From Macrostomum lignano (lineage: Eukaryota): a stretch of 64,000 nt of DNA. The stretch is from assembly GCA_002269645.1 (NCBI GenBank), contig NIVC01003866.1, positions 1 to 64,000 of the forward strand, written 5' to 3'. Position 1 is the first letter of the stretch; each line of letters begins with the position of its first letter. The translations under genes and the position numbers were made by a program. Positions 8,345-47,374 of the stretch are shown one piece after another. A model generated the notes under the pieces. That model made no database searches and had not been told where the DNA came from. It was given only the letters and a program-made list of their open reading frames with translations.

Positions 8345-11300
8345 GCGAGACCTCAAAGAAGGGCTCGGTCTTGCTGCGGTTGGTGAGCCGGCGGAGTAAG
8401 AGGTCGCCTTCGGTGATCTGATGGTCGGTGGCGCCCCTCTTGCTGTCGGCGAAGGCCTTCATCCGCTACTTGGCCCTGAAGTCGTGGCCGCGGACGGTCC
8501 GTCACCTGGCATAAACCGGACAGGAGTTGCGCAGGTGGGGATCGTGTCGTTGAGCTGTCGGCCGAATTGCAGGTCGGCTGAGGCCATGCCGGTTGCTGCG
8601 TGCGGTGTTCGCCGGTATGCGGCCAGGTAGTCGTCCAGTGCCACCTGCCAGTCGCTGCCTTCCAGGATCGCCGCTCTGATTGCCTTATTGAGGCCTCGGT
8701 TGCATCTCTCTACGAGTCCGTTGGCTTGGGGATGCAACGGCGTAGTCCGATGGTGGTGGACGCCCTGGCTGCGCAAGAAGGCGTTGAATTCTGCAGACGA
8801 GAATGGCGGGCCGTTGTCAGTGATGATCTTGACTGGCTGGCCGGATATGCTGAACCACTGGCGGAGGGTTCGGATGACCGGAGCTGCCGCTGTCGACCCC
8901 GACATCGTCTGTACCAGTGGGAAACGTGAAAAGTAGTCGGTGCACACCAGCAGCATGTGGCCTCTGATGGGTCGCAGGAAGTCCAGGCCCAGCTCTAGCC
9001 ACGGCCCCTGCGGCAGCTCAGTCGGCTGGAGTGGGGCTGCCTTCAGTTCGGCTGTATTCGAGCAGGCCTTGCAGCTGAGGCAGGAGTTTACAAAGTTCTC
9101 GACGGAGGCCCGCATTGAGGGCCACCAGACCTTTGTCTGGAGGCGTGTCAATGTTTTCTGGACACCCAGGTGGCCTTGGTGCGCCAGCTGCAGGCAGCGG
9201 TAGCGCAGAAAGGCGGGAACGACGATTCGGTGCCCTTTGAGCAGGAGTCCGTCGTGTTGTGAAAGCTCGTGCCGCAAGCCGTGCAGGCTGCGCGTGTCGT
9301 GGCTATCGAGTTGCCACCGATGGGACTGGAGCCTGGATACGGCGGCTTGGATCGTCTTGTCGCCTGCGGCGGCAACCTCCTTGATCGTGTCGAGGCTGAT
9401 GCTGTTCGGCGCTGCTGCCTGTGCTGTCAATGCGATGTAGGCCGTGTCGATGTCCTCGCCCTCGTTGTTCGGCGGTGTTGGACGTGGCTGGCGGCTCAAG
9501 ACATCTGCCGGGTTGTCTGCGCCCGGCTGGTAGGTGACTTCGAAGTGGAGATCCTGCAGCCGAAGTGCCATGCGCTCAATCCGCGGCGGGGGCCGTGAGC
9601 CGGGGCTGAGCAGGCTGACCAGCGGATTGTGGTCGTTGATGACCTTGAAATTTGGGCAGACGCTAAGGTAGTGGTGGAACTTGCAGCCGAATTTGACGAC
9701 CAGCGCCTCCCTCTCTGTCTGCGAGTAGCGCTGCTCGGTGTCACTGAGGCTGCGGCTGGCGTAGGCGATTGGCCTGGTGAGGCCGCCAGGTTGCACCTGG
9801 GCGAGGATCGCCCCGAGGCCGGTCGGACTAGCGACGACGATCAACCTGGTCTCGCAGTTCTTGCTGAAAAAGGCAAGCGTGGTGCTGTGAGCGATCGACT
9901 GCTTGATTGACTGAAAGGCTGAGGCTTGCTGTGGACCCCACGACCATTTCACGTTCTTCTTGGTCAGCTCTCGAAGTGGCCTCGCTTTGTCGGCGAGGTT
10001 TGGGATGAAGCGGGCTACGAATGTGATGAGCCCGAGAAAGGACCGCACCTCCGTTGCATTTTCTGGTCGCTTGAAGTTGGCCACAGCCTCCAGATTTTCC
10101 TCAGTCGGTTGGATTCCGGCCGCCGAGAGGCGCATGGCCAGTCGGCCTGCTGGGTTGCAATGCAGCATTTGCGGGGGTTCAGAGTCACGTTGTGTTGACG
10201 CAGCCTGTCAAGGCAGTTGCGCAGCCTCTCGTTGTGCTCCTTTATGGTGCTGGCGAAGATAATGATGTCGTCGTGGACCCACCGCACGCCTCTTAAACCG
10301 CTCAGGATAGATGTCATGACGCGCTGTAGGATTTCGGATGCTGAGGTAAATCCCATGCAAAGGCTCTTGAGGCGGAGCAGACCCAGAGGCGTTGAGAAAG
10401 TGAGCAGCTGCCAGGACTCCTTGCTGACCTCGATCTGGTGGAAGGCCTTGGCAACGTCTAGTTCGGAGAAATAGGTGGAGCCGGCCATCTCGTCGGTGAC
10501 TTCTTCGAATGTCGGTATTAGCTGTTTTTCTGGGATGACGTACTTATTCACGTCCCTCAGGTCCTGCGTGATGCGGATCTCGCCTGGCGAGGCCTTTGGA
10601 ACGACCACCATGCGTGAACTCCAAGCGCTGGGCCCCGTCACTCGCTCCAGGATGCCGGCTGCTAGCTGGTCCTTCAGCTCCTTTTCCACGGTGGTTCGAA
10701 GATGCACCGGAACTCGAGACGGAGGGTGGCAGACAGGCACTGCTTCTTCCTTCAGCTGGATGCTGACTGAGACGCCCTTGATGCAGCCGATTCCTTGAAA
10801 CCTGTCGCTGAACTCCTTCATGATCGATGACAGTCGCAGGTCTTGCGGAAGGTGCTGGTCGTTGACTGTTAGTGTCAGTCCGGCGGTGAGAGCTGTCTCG
10901 GCCTGCGGTCCGACCCTCAGCATCCCAATCTGCGTGCTTGTTTCGCGACCTAGAATTGTGATGCAGTCTTCTCTGATGACGATGAAGCGCACTCTCTCCG
11001 AGTTGCCGTTGATCTTCGTGTGCAGAGTGATCTGGCCGGCGGGTGTCAGGGGCCTCGCTGCTCCTAGAGGATAGACCCTTGTGTGCGTGGGCTGAAGCGC
11101 CCTCTGGGGTGCTCCCGTTAGACGAAGGGTCCGCTGGCTGAGCACGTTGCAGCTCGCGCCACTGTCGATCAGGACGGGTACGTTCGAGCCGTTGATGACC
11201 GCTTTGAAGGTGCCGCTTTTGCGGCTGGGGTCGAGGCTGGAGAATACCGCCTCCGCCAGGTGCGCCACTGCTGGTTCCTCTGGCTCAGGCTCTGCCATGT

Positions 11301-11912
11301 TGATGCGTGCGCGGCCGCTTAGGCACGCCTTCGCCAGGTGGTGCAGCTTTCCGCAGTTGCTGCAGCGCTTGCCTTGGGCCCAGTTGCATGTGCAGTGGCC
11401 GGGCTCTCCACACCTCAGGCATTTGTCGGCCGGGCTGGCTGGCGGGCACCTGGCGGGGTGCTTGTCGCAAGCCGCATGCACTTCTTCAGCTGGTCCGGCT
11501 GCCGAGCGCTCCATGATTGCCGCTTGCTGGCTGGCTGCTTCGTTTGTTCTTGCCAGCTGTAGGGCCTCGGGGAGGCTGATGTTGGGCCCGTTGAGCAGCC
11601 GCTTTCTGAGGGATTCGCTGCGGCAGCAGGCGACGATCTGGTCGCGGATGAGGGACTAACACAGCTCGCAAAACTGGCAGGCCTCAGCCGCGTTGCACAG
11701 TCGGTTGTACCAGCTGTCGATGGCTTCCTCGTCCAGCTGCGTGCACTGGCGGAATTGGTACCGGATGAACACCACATTGTCGCGTCCTTGAAAGTGCTGA
11801 GTTAGCGCCGCCATGAGTGAGTCGAGCGCGTTTGCTGCTCCGGCTGTGACGGTGTGGGGGTCCGCACTGATGCTGAATGCGGATGGCGGCTGTAGCTGTA
11901 TAGTAGCGCCAT
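8345..11912 (-). pseudogene. Gypsy gag-pol pseudogene
   Basis: Zn knuckle CSNCGKLHHLAKAC, protease LIDSGAS, RT ELDVAKAFHQI and WVHDD, RNase H, integrase HQGH..CLSC, LDF, TDNG, VERCN. Carries in-frame TAG stops (~11657, ~8467), frameshifts (~10140, ~8490) and an apparent gag N-terminal deletion. Confidence 0.9.
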
Positions 11913-11921
11913 TGGGTTCTG

Positions 11922-11934
11922 GCTTGCGACGCCA
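11922..11934 (-). promoter_or_regulatory. Primer binding site of Gypsy element 1
   Basis: TGGCGTCGCAAGC begins 1 nt after the LTR end. Complementary to a tRNA 3' end with a G discriminator; isotype not assigned. Confidence 0.75.
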
Positions 11935-11935
11935 A

Positions 11936-12160
11936 TGTAGCGAGCAACTCTGGCTGGTTATTGCGAGTGTTAGTTAGCCACTGAAAAAGGTGGAGAAATA
12001 GAATGTGGCTGTGCCTGTATATTTATTGTCTGGTAGAACACAGATTTCCGGTTCATTGAGTGCGCGTTGGGATGTGCTCGAGCAGAGGGAAGTGGATAGG
12101 CTGGGTGGGGGTCACAGAGTGCAAACTAGGTGCCCGAACTGCCTGTCTGCGCATGCTACA
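11936..12160 (-). repeat. 5' LTR of Gypsy element 1 (225 bp)
   Basis: TG...CA ends with a 6-bp inverted repeat, AATAAA on the minus strand (~12024), followed by the PBS. Confidence 0.85.
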
Positions 12161-14940
12161 TATATTATACATGCGAAATTAATTATACGGGATTTTTCTA
12201 AGTTGCTGTAAATGCGAAATGAATTGCATCCATGATAAATGATCCTGATCCTAAATATGCTCTATTGTTTTCTTATCATTCTCATTAAATAAATTTTCCA
12301 ATGGTCGTTCATTTAATGGACGTAGGCAAGATTTTGTCTTCTCATTTTCATAAGAATTGCTGTACAATTCTGTCTTCGATCTGGTTAAAAGAGCCTAATA
12401 TCACAGAGAATACGGATCAATTTTATTCAGCAAGAATGGCGAAAGGTACAGCCTATAAGCTCATAAATTGAATGGATTAAAAACAATTTCTACAATGAGC
12501 TTAAAATCAACTACCACTCGCGATACATGTACTTAGGGTCATCCATTAATATTGAACAGCAAAATATAACTGACTTGGAAAGACTATAATCAAGGAGTGA
12601 CTGCTTCTGATAAATTTGAATCCGGTTAAAATCACTTTAAAAAAACGAGTCCATTATATCGTTTGTTGCCGCGGTATTTTTGCGTACTACTTTTTGAAAC
12701 GCGATTCTAAGAAAACTGACTTCCAATTTTTGATGTGCGAGAAGTCAATTTCAACATGCGCGACACGCTTTGAATACTTATAGTTGATAATCAAAATATG
12801 AAATTATATATTTCAGATTCTAAAAATCATCGTTTTAAATTAGGCAGTTTCTTCTTTAATATAATAACGTTCGACTGAATCTAAAGTCAAGAAGAACAGG
12901 GTTTAAACTCACACATTTATATTTTATTAGTGAAACTATTTTGAGTATTGACCTTTTTTAATTTCATTTCTTCTAAGGTTTTCGCTGAAAAATGTCATGT
13001 CATGACACATCAACTTTTGCATCCTGAATTTGGAGCCCAGATGCCAAATTGGCACCCATTCTCCAAACTGGATGCTAATACCATTTAATTTAAGTTTATT
13101 AAAGTTCCATATTTTTAGTTAGTTTTTTATTTGAAGCATTAATAATTTTATACTTTTTGGGATTCTTTGGATATAAAAAAAGTTATAGTAATTTTAAAAA
13201 TTCATGCACTCTGTCAAAAATAGTTGATTAGACTAAGATATTTTATATAAAATCATACTTTAATACTTTATTTAGTTTTGTAAAATTGTTTAGGCCTACT
13301 TAGCCCTACTAATGCTAATAGGGTCAGTGTGCAGTCATTTTTATGCTACATTAATCTGCTAGCAGAAAAAAAATGTTTATAAAAATAAATTTAAAAAATT
13401 TAATATTTTGCTTAGACAAAATGTGTTGTATTGTAGGGTACTTTCTTTAATAATAATATCCCTAATTACCAGCAGTTGTAGGGCTATTCTAATTCCTATT
13501 TTCTGGTTTCCTAAAGTGGCCACCAAAGTGGTTGCAGGGTTAAACTTCCCTCTATTAATTAATGTACTTTTGTATCAATGTACTTATAATTTTTGGTAGC
13601 GTGACTACTTCTCTATCTACTTCTATATTGGTAGCGTCTACTTATCTTATTGGTAGCATTTGTATATTCACTATATTCTTTGGCCTGAGCAGTCTAATGG
13701 CATTATCTATTCCTACTATCTTCCAGTCCTGGGCGTTCTTGGGATTAGTGTCACAGCCTTATGCATTTTCCTTGCCTTGAGGCAATTTTCCTGCCCTGAG
13801 GCAATCTTACTACTCTATAGTGCTTTCTTGCCCTGAGGCAATTCTCACTCTTAGCAGTTTCTGATACTCCCAATAAGGGGCTTAATACTCTAGAAAATGA
13901 GTAAAGCTTTTGAATACTGCAATATAGCAATTTAATATAGGAACAAATATATTCAGAGCAAGTTATTTAGCTTGCAGAACTATAACACGAAGGAAACAAG
14001 TTAACACAATTTATTTTTCTTGGCCTCTTCTAGGCTCCTATTTATACTACGATTTCTTATTGTTTCAAACTAATAATAATTGCAAAAAATATTTTTATAA
14101 CTCATAACATTTAAACAAAGGATAAAATATTTATTTTAGTGCAGATTCAAAATAGTTTTCTAAGAAACAAAAAATGAGTAAACTATTAGAACTATTATAT
14201 AGTATTATACTATTATTAACGCACCATCTCAAATGATTTAATTAATATCATTTTTGTAGACAAACAAAAGAGTGGCAACTGTATTGCAAATAAACAAAAT
14301 GATTATCAATGCCATTTTCCCATTTTTGTAGTTATTATTTTGGTATCTTGAATTTTTATCAAGGATGTATTCTGATCCTTTAATTGCACCTCTTTAAAAT
14401 TCTAAATGTTATAGAATTAAAATCTTAGGTTAAAAGTAAAACCAAAGTTTAGAAATAAATTATGTCATCTTATATTTTTTATTTATAACTTGAACTTAAT
14501 AATTTAATTGGAAAATGGTTCTTGTAATAATAATCAAAATAGCATTTTATTGTACTTAATTATTAATTTGATTAAATACTTTTAATTAAGTACTTTAATT
14601 GTACATTATTATAATTAATAATTATATTATTTTTGTATCAAGTAACCAGCAAAATTTTACATAATTATTAAATGGCATAGGGAAAATCATATTTCTATTA
14701 TTTTGTTTATAGAATGTAAATATTTTTTTGTATTCAAAAAGAATTAATTACTTTTTTCTAATTTGTTAATATTATTTTATCTTGCAATCCCCTACCATTG
14801 TCCCTATGACAGTTGGGGCTTTTGCTATATAATCCCTAGTAAAAATGGTAACAATCTTTAAAATTAAGTTAGATCATTGAGGAAGGCCTATACTAGATTT
14901 GACTTACATCTTTACAATTGGAGCCCATATATTCATTTTT

Positions 14941-15278
14941 CATTCTGTGATCATTTAAATGGGGAGGTTATATGAAAATGATTGTAGGATTGTAGGACAA
15001 AAGTGAGATATCTATTTAGGTCATTAATTATATCAATAGTCAAATTATAATTTAAGGGATCATAGCATGAAAATAGAAAAAATTGAACATAGTAAACTGA
15101 AACATGCAGAAAAACAAACAAAACAGAAAGCAGGTATTAGATTTGAGCTAATATCTTTACACATGAAGCCTAAACAGGTATATTCACTAATCACTTTCAT
15201 TCTGCAATCATTTAATTGGGGAGATTGTATGAAAATGATTGTACAAGCGTGGGACAAAAGTGAGGAAGATGTCTATTT
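14941..15278. repeat. Imperfect ~75-bp direct repeat pair
   Basis: CATTCTG..ATCATTTAA.TGGGGAG.TT.TATGAAAATGATTGTA...GGACAAAAGTGAG at ~14941 and ~15198. Confidence 0.6.
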
Positions 15279-15770
15279 CATTTTATGATCTCCTCAATGG
15301 AAAAACTATGTAGAGGAGATCATAGTGCAATTTAGGTAAATAGAATTAAGTGTAGTTTGCAAACTAACAAATGTCATTCAGTCATTCCAGAGAAATAGAG
15401 TCCCAAGCAACATCAAAGCATTGAAACTGAATATATAGGCTATGTTCATGTTCGTTGTTCTAGCTTGTTTTTTGTTTGTTTGTTAAATCTAAAATAGAAA
15501 TTTACTATATTATTTAAATTTTTCTTTCTGTGTTACTCTGTCACAAATTTCTACTAGATCAAATATGGGTGCAGCATATTCCATTGGATCTCCAGTAGGC
15601 GTTCTTTGCAACCGTGTGAATGTATGGCAAAATCTACAGGGTATAGACTTGGTAGTAAGCAAGAACTTCTTATTTGTTGTCTTTGTTGATCAGGCTGCTG
15701 TTATGCTTTCATGCTACAGCTAGCACAGCGGCAGCAGCCACCAGCGCCGCCCTGACGGAATCGCAGCGCG

Positions 15771-36073
<20,303 letters not shown>

Positions 36074-36769
36074 AGTATTTGGACGATGCTTTGCGTTATT
36101 GTAGAGGCTGATTTTTATCTTAGCTGTTTGCGGTGCAGCGCTTCCCTAAGTTTGCTTGTAGAATTTGAATAGCAACCTGTGCCATTTTGCTGACAATCTG
36201 TCTATCTAATTATTGCTTCTAAAAGCAAAAGCAACATCGCGTCTTCCCGAGGTGTTAAGAAAGTATTGCAGTGCCCTATGGTATTCTATTGTCACCCTAT
36301 AAACTTCCCATTGCGAATTGCAATTAACCGCCGCAACGTTTTGTTTAACCTGTCCTAATCCTCTTGGAATTATCTGACAACAGACAATGGGAGCTCGCTT
36401 TTATCGCTTATTATATTTATTATTCTCCAATGCTTAAACTTTTGTCAACTCTCAGCTTCCGCTGTTTTTTCGGCTTTTGTCTCCGCCCATGCATACGAAG
36501 TTGTAATTGCATTAGCCAGCATGTTCAGCATGTTTAAATAAACTCCCCAGTATTTTCACTGTGCGTCTTGTCAATGCTTTGTTATTTCGCTATTTCTGAG
36601 CTTTGAATTTGTCGACGCAGCGATAGGCAGCTACACTACTGAAAGTAGTTGATTATATGAGCGCCTATCGCATTTCAGCTTGATGTCGCTTTAGCGCCAG
36701 TGTCGCACAGACACTAACAAAAATAGTTTTTGCGCGCAATTTTTTCGGGCGGCAAACATCAAACAAGAC

Positions 36770-43419
<6,650 letters not shown>

Positions 43420-43420
<1 letters not shown>

Positions 43421-43895
43421 CTCCCAGATCCCCAATCCACTCTCCCAGATCCTCAGTCTACTCTCTCCCAGATCCCCCAATCCGCTCTACCAGATCCTCA
43501 GTCTACTCTCTCCCAGATCCCCCATCCGCTCTCCCAGATCCTCAAGCTACTCTACCAGATCCTCAGTCTACTCTCTCCCAGATCTTCAGTCTACTCTCTC
43601 CCAGATCCTCAGTTTACTCTCCCAAATCCCCAGTCTACTCTCTCCCAGATCCTCAGTTTACTCTCTCAGATCCTCAGTCTACTCTCTCCCAGATCCTCAG
43701 TCTACTCTCTCCCAGATCCTCAGTCTACTCTCTCCCAGATCCCCAGTCTACTCTCTCTTAGATCCTCAGTCTACTCTCTCCCAGATCCTCAGTCTACTCT
43801 CTCCCAGATCCTCAGTCTACTCTCTCCCAGATCCTCAGTCTACTCTCCCAGATCCTCAGTCTACTCTCCCAGATCCTCAGTCTACTCTTCCAGAT
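43420..43895. repeat. 23-bp minisatellite starting right after the FAN1 stop codon
   Basis: CTACTCTCTCCCAGATCCTCAGT units. Confidence 0.93.
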
Positions 43896-44808
43896 CCTTC
43901 GACCCGTCGCCTAATTTTCGAGAAGTTGCTTCGAGTTTATATATCAAATAAATATCAAACTTTGGCAGGTACGCGTATTTCTTCTGGTAGCAGCAAAAAC
44001 TTTGAGTTTAAACTGTTTCTATACCGGTTAGTCATAAATTATCTTATTGTATTTTTTTTAAATTGGCGGAGCATTTGTTTGTAGTAATTAGTATTCTAAT
44101 TATGGCCTACACTGAATTAACCTTTGTTCAGTTCATCCTATGCTCTCTCATTGCTGTTTGTTTTCTTTGCTTGAAGGCCAACTGATGCGCTTTATTTATT
44201 AACAAAGACCGTGCATTGATAGCAATAAAGCCTGTTGCTATGCGGGCTGTTGCTTTGACCTATTTTGTCTATTCCAAAGCCTGTGTTATATTGCCTTGAC
44301 TTCTACTTCCATCCAGCAAAGTTTAGGAAAAAAAGCCTTAGTAGAACGGCCCAAGGATACTATATGATAGCAGTATTGGCAAAGAAGTTTCCTAGGTTAG
44401 CTCTTCAACGTTTCTTAGAAAATGTTAAGTTTTAAGGAGATAGGAAGTTTTCATTTTTTCAACACGAAAACTGTGTTGAAATCTATGCTGAAATCTGTGC
44501 TGAAACCTACCTCCGTAGTGTATTTGTTCAAAAAAGCTGCCTTCTAAAATTTTCTAAGACACGTTGTTTCCCGTCCATCTACTTTAGTAGTCCTTGTAGT
44601 TCTTAAAGAAAATCTAAATCTCTGTTATAAAATGCGCATAAGCTACTAGACAAAAAGAGTAGTGTAAAAGGGTAGTGTATGACTGGGTCAAGGGTGACCG
44701 TATTTTGGGGCCCCAAAGCTCTCTGTAGCTGTTTCCTGCTGCCGACCTCTCTAGAGCATCTTCCGCTCGCTTACAGACACTCCGTCGCGACACGACTGTC
44801 GGCACGTC

Positions 44809-45561
44809 ATGACGTCGGCTTCGACTACGCCGCCGCCGCCGCCGCCGCGATCATCGAGCGCCGCCGACTGGAAGCCGCGCGATCTCCGCCTGCTGACCGA
44901 GATGGTCCTGCGGCCGCTCAGGGCTGCCGAGGATCTGCAGAACCAGCAGCAGCGGCGCTCCGAGCCCAGCCGCCCGCCGCCTCCGCCTTCGCAGTCGCCG
45001 CCTCGGCAGTCGCTGCCGTCTCAATCGCCGCCTCCGTCGCCTTCTTCGCCTCCGTCGCCTTCTTCGCCTTCTCGCCCGTCGGCCGCCATTGAAATTGTCA
45101 ACGGCGCCGCCGCTTGCTGCGACAAGTCCGTGCAGGCGAACTGCCCGACCCCGCTGCCGCCGGCCTCCGAGGCCGCCGCCGCCACCACGTGGCTCGTCCC
45201 GCTTGACCAGCGGGTGCCGGACCGCTTTCTGTCCGCCCCCAGCGCCGCCCGGGGCTTGCCGCGCCTCATGCTGGCGGACCCGTCGGCTGCTGCCGCTGCG
45301 GCCGCCCTGCCCTCTCCGCTGCCTGCGTCGCCGCCGCCGCACCCCCGGTCGCAGCTGCAGCAGCTGCTGTCCTCCTCGTCCTCGTCTGGCGCGTCGCTCG
45401 CCTCGGCTGCCGGTGTTACCGATTGGAGAGGCCGCAGCCCGCTGCTGATTGGTGGGTTCGTGCCCGGCGGCTTTGGCGGACTGGCGCCGCAGCACCGCAG
45501 CTTGCCGGAAAGATTCCTGACCAGCGGCGGCCGGCCCAACGGTGCGGCCCGGCGGCAGTGA
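44809..45561 (+). CDS. Single-exon Pro/Ser/Ala-rich orphan protein (250 aa)
   Basis: GC-rich ORF with the same codon style as neighbouring exons, TATAAA at ~44626, AT-rich flanks. No family recognised. Confidence 0.5.
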   Translation: MTSASTTPPPPPPRSSSAADWKPRDLRLLTEMVLRPLRAAEDLQNQQQRRSEPSRPPPPPSQSPPRQSLPSQSPPPSPSSPPSPSSPSRPSAAIEIVNGAAACCDKSVQANCPTPLPPASEAAAATTWLVPLDQRVPDRFLSAPSAARGLPRLMLADPSAAAAAAALPSPLPASPPPHPRSQLQQLLSSSSSSGASLASAAGVTDWRGRSPLLIGGFVPGGFGGLAPQHRSLPERFLTSGGRPNGAARRQ

Positions 45562-45679
45562 GTGGCCCGGTCTGCTCGCGTCATGGGCGCTGGCTGTTGC
45601 GACTCAACTGATTAGCAGTTTATTTAGGATGCCCGTTCAGGTGTAACAGGTGTACCATCCAAATCACTATCTCGATTCA

Positions 45680-46970
45680 CCAACCCCAAAACACCAACCC
45701 AAAACACCCACCCAAAACACCCACCCCAAAATACTCACCCCAAAACACTCACACCAAAACTCTCACCCCAAAGCACTCACCCCAAAACTCTCACCCCAAA
45801 GCACTCACCCCAAAACTCTCACCCCAAAGCACTCACCCCAAAACACTCACCCTAAAACACTCACCCCAAAACTCTCACCCCAAAGCACTCACCCTAAAAC
45901 ACTCACCCCAAAACTCTCACCCCAAAGCACTCACCCCAAAGCACTCACCCCAAAACACTCACCCTAAAACACACCCTAAAACACTCACCCCAAAACTCTC
46001 ACCCCAAAACTCTCACCCCAAAGCACTCACCCCAAAACACTCACCCTAAAATACTCACCCTAAAACACTCACCCCAAAACTCTTACCCCAAAGCACTCAC
46101 CCCAAAACACTCACCCCAAAACACCCACCCCAAAACACCCATCCCAAAACACTCACCCCAAAATACTCACCCCAAAACACCCACCCTAAAACTCTCACCC
46201 CAAAACACCCATCCCAAAAGACCCACCCCAAAACACCCACCCCAAAACACCCACCCAAAACACCCATCCCAAAACATCCCAAATACCCAAAACACCAACC
46301 CCAAAACACCCACCCCAAAACACCCACCCCAAAACACCCACCCCAAAACACCCACCCAAAACACCCACCCCAAAACACCCATCCCAAAACACCAACCCAA
46401 AACACCAACACCCCCCAAAACACCCACCCCAAAACACCCACCCCAAAACACCCACCCCAAAACACCAACCCCAAAACACTCACCCCAAAACACCCACCCC
46501 AAAACACCCATCCCAAAACACTCACCCCAAAATACTCACCCCAAAACACCCACCCTAAAACTCTCACCCCAAAACACCCATCCCAAAAGACCCACCCCAA
46601 AACACCCACCCCAAAACACCCACCCCAAAACACCCATCCCAAAACACCCATCCCAAATACCCACCCCAAAACACCAACCCCAAAACACCCACCCCAAAAC
46701 ACCCACCCCAAAACACCCACCCCAAAACACCCACCCCAAAACACCCACCCCAAAACACCCACCCCAAAACACCAACCCCAAAACACCAACCCCAAAACAC
46801 CCACCCCAAAACACCCACCCCAAAACACCCACCCCAAAACACCAACCCCAAAACACCAACCCCAAAACACCCACCCCAAAACACCAACCCCAAAACACCA
46901 ACCCCAAAACACCCACCCCAAAACACTCACCCGAAAACTCTTACCCAAAAATACCCACCCCAAAACACCA
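45680..46970. repeat. 13-bp C/A-rich minisatellite
   Basis: CACCCCAAAACAC units. Confidence 0.95.
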
Positions 46971-47374
46971 CCTAAAATCGAGAGACCCTTATCTCTTTCT
47001 ATGCATATCGAATTCAATCAACAATCGTCTTCCCTTGTTGAATTTAATGCTGCAATTTTTCTCGATGCCAAACTTTGTGTAATTTTAACGAGGCCGATGT
47101 AACAGAAAAAATTGCTTGCTTTCTGTCTTCCCCTGAGCTTACTGCACTTTTTATACGGTCGCCACAATCAGTTCAATTATTAACTCAAATCTGTCTATCT
47201 ACAAATATATTGCTAATTCTAGATTGATGTTTTATACCCATATTTTTATCAACGCGATAAATTTGATGCCTTATGCAAACAGAGCAACAATGGCTGGTCT
47301 CTTGTGCCTCTGTTCCCTTCTTGATGGCTGCTGGCATTTCTCTTGCACGCATTTGGTCTACTTCTCCACCTGCA

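Larger units (their letters stand above)
8345..12160 (-). mobile_element. Decayed Ty3/Gypsy LTR retrotransposon, truncated at its 3' end by the Polinton
   Basis: 5' LTR 11936-12160 (TGTAGC...GCTACA), PBS, gag-pro-RT-RH-IN order. No PPT or 3' LTR before the Polinton terminus. Confidence 0.9.

Noticed and set aside
12160-15600. Short ORFs in the AT-rich spacer (13408-13780, 15060-15288)
   Set aside because: Random-length ORFs with non-ATG or weak starts and no homology cues.
44809-45561. Possible BTG/Tob or FAM181 identity for the Pro-rich ORF
   Set aside because: No BTG boxes A/B, PAM2 or LPxSFW motif.
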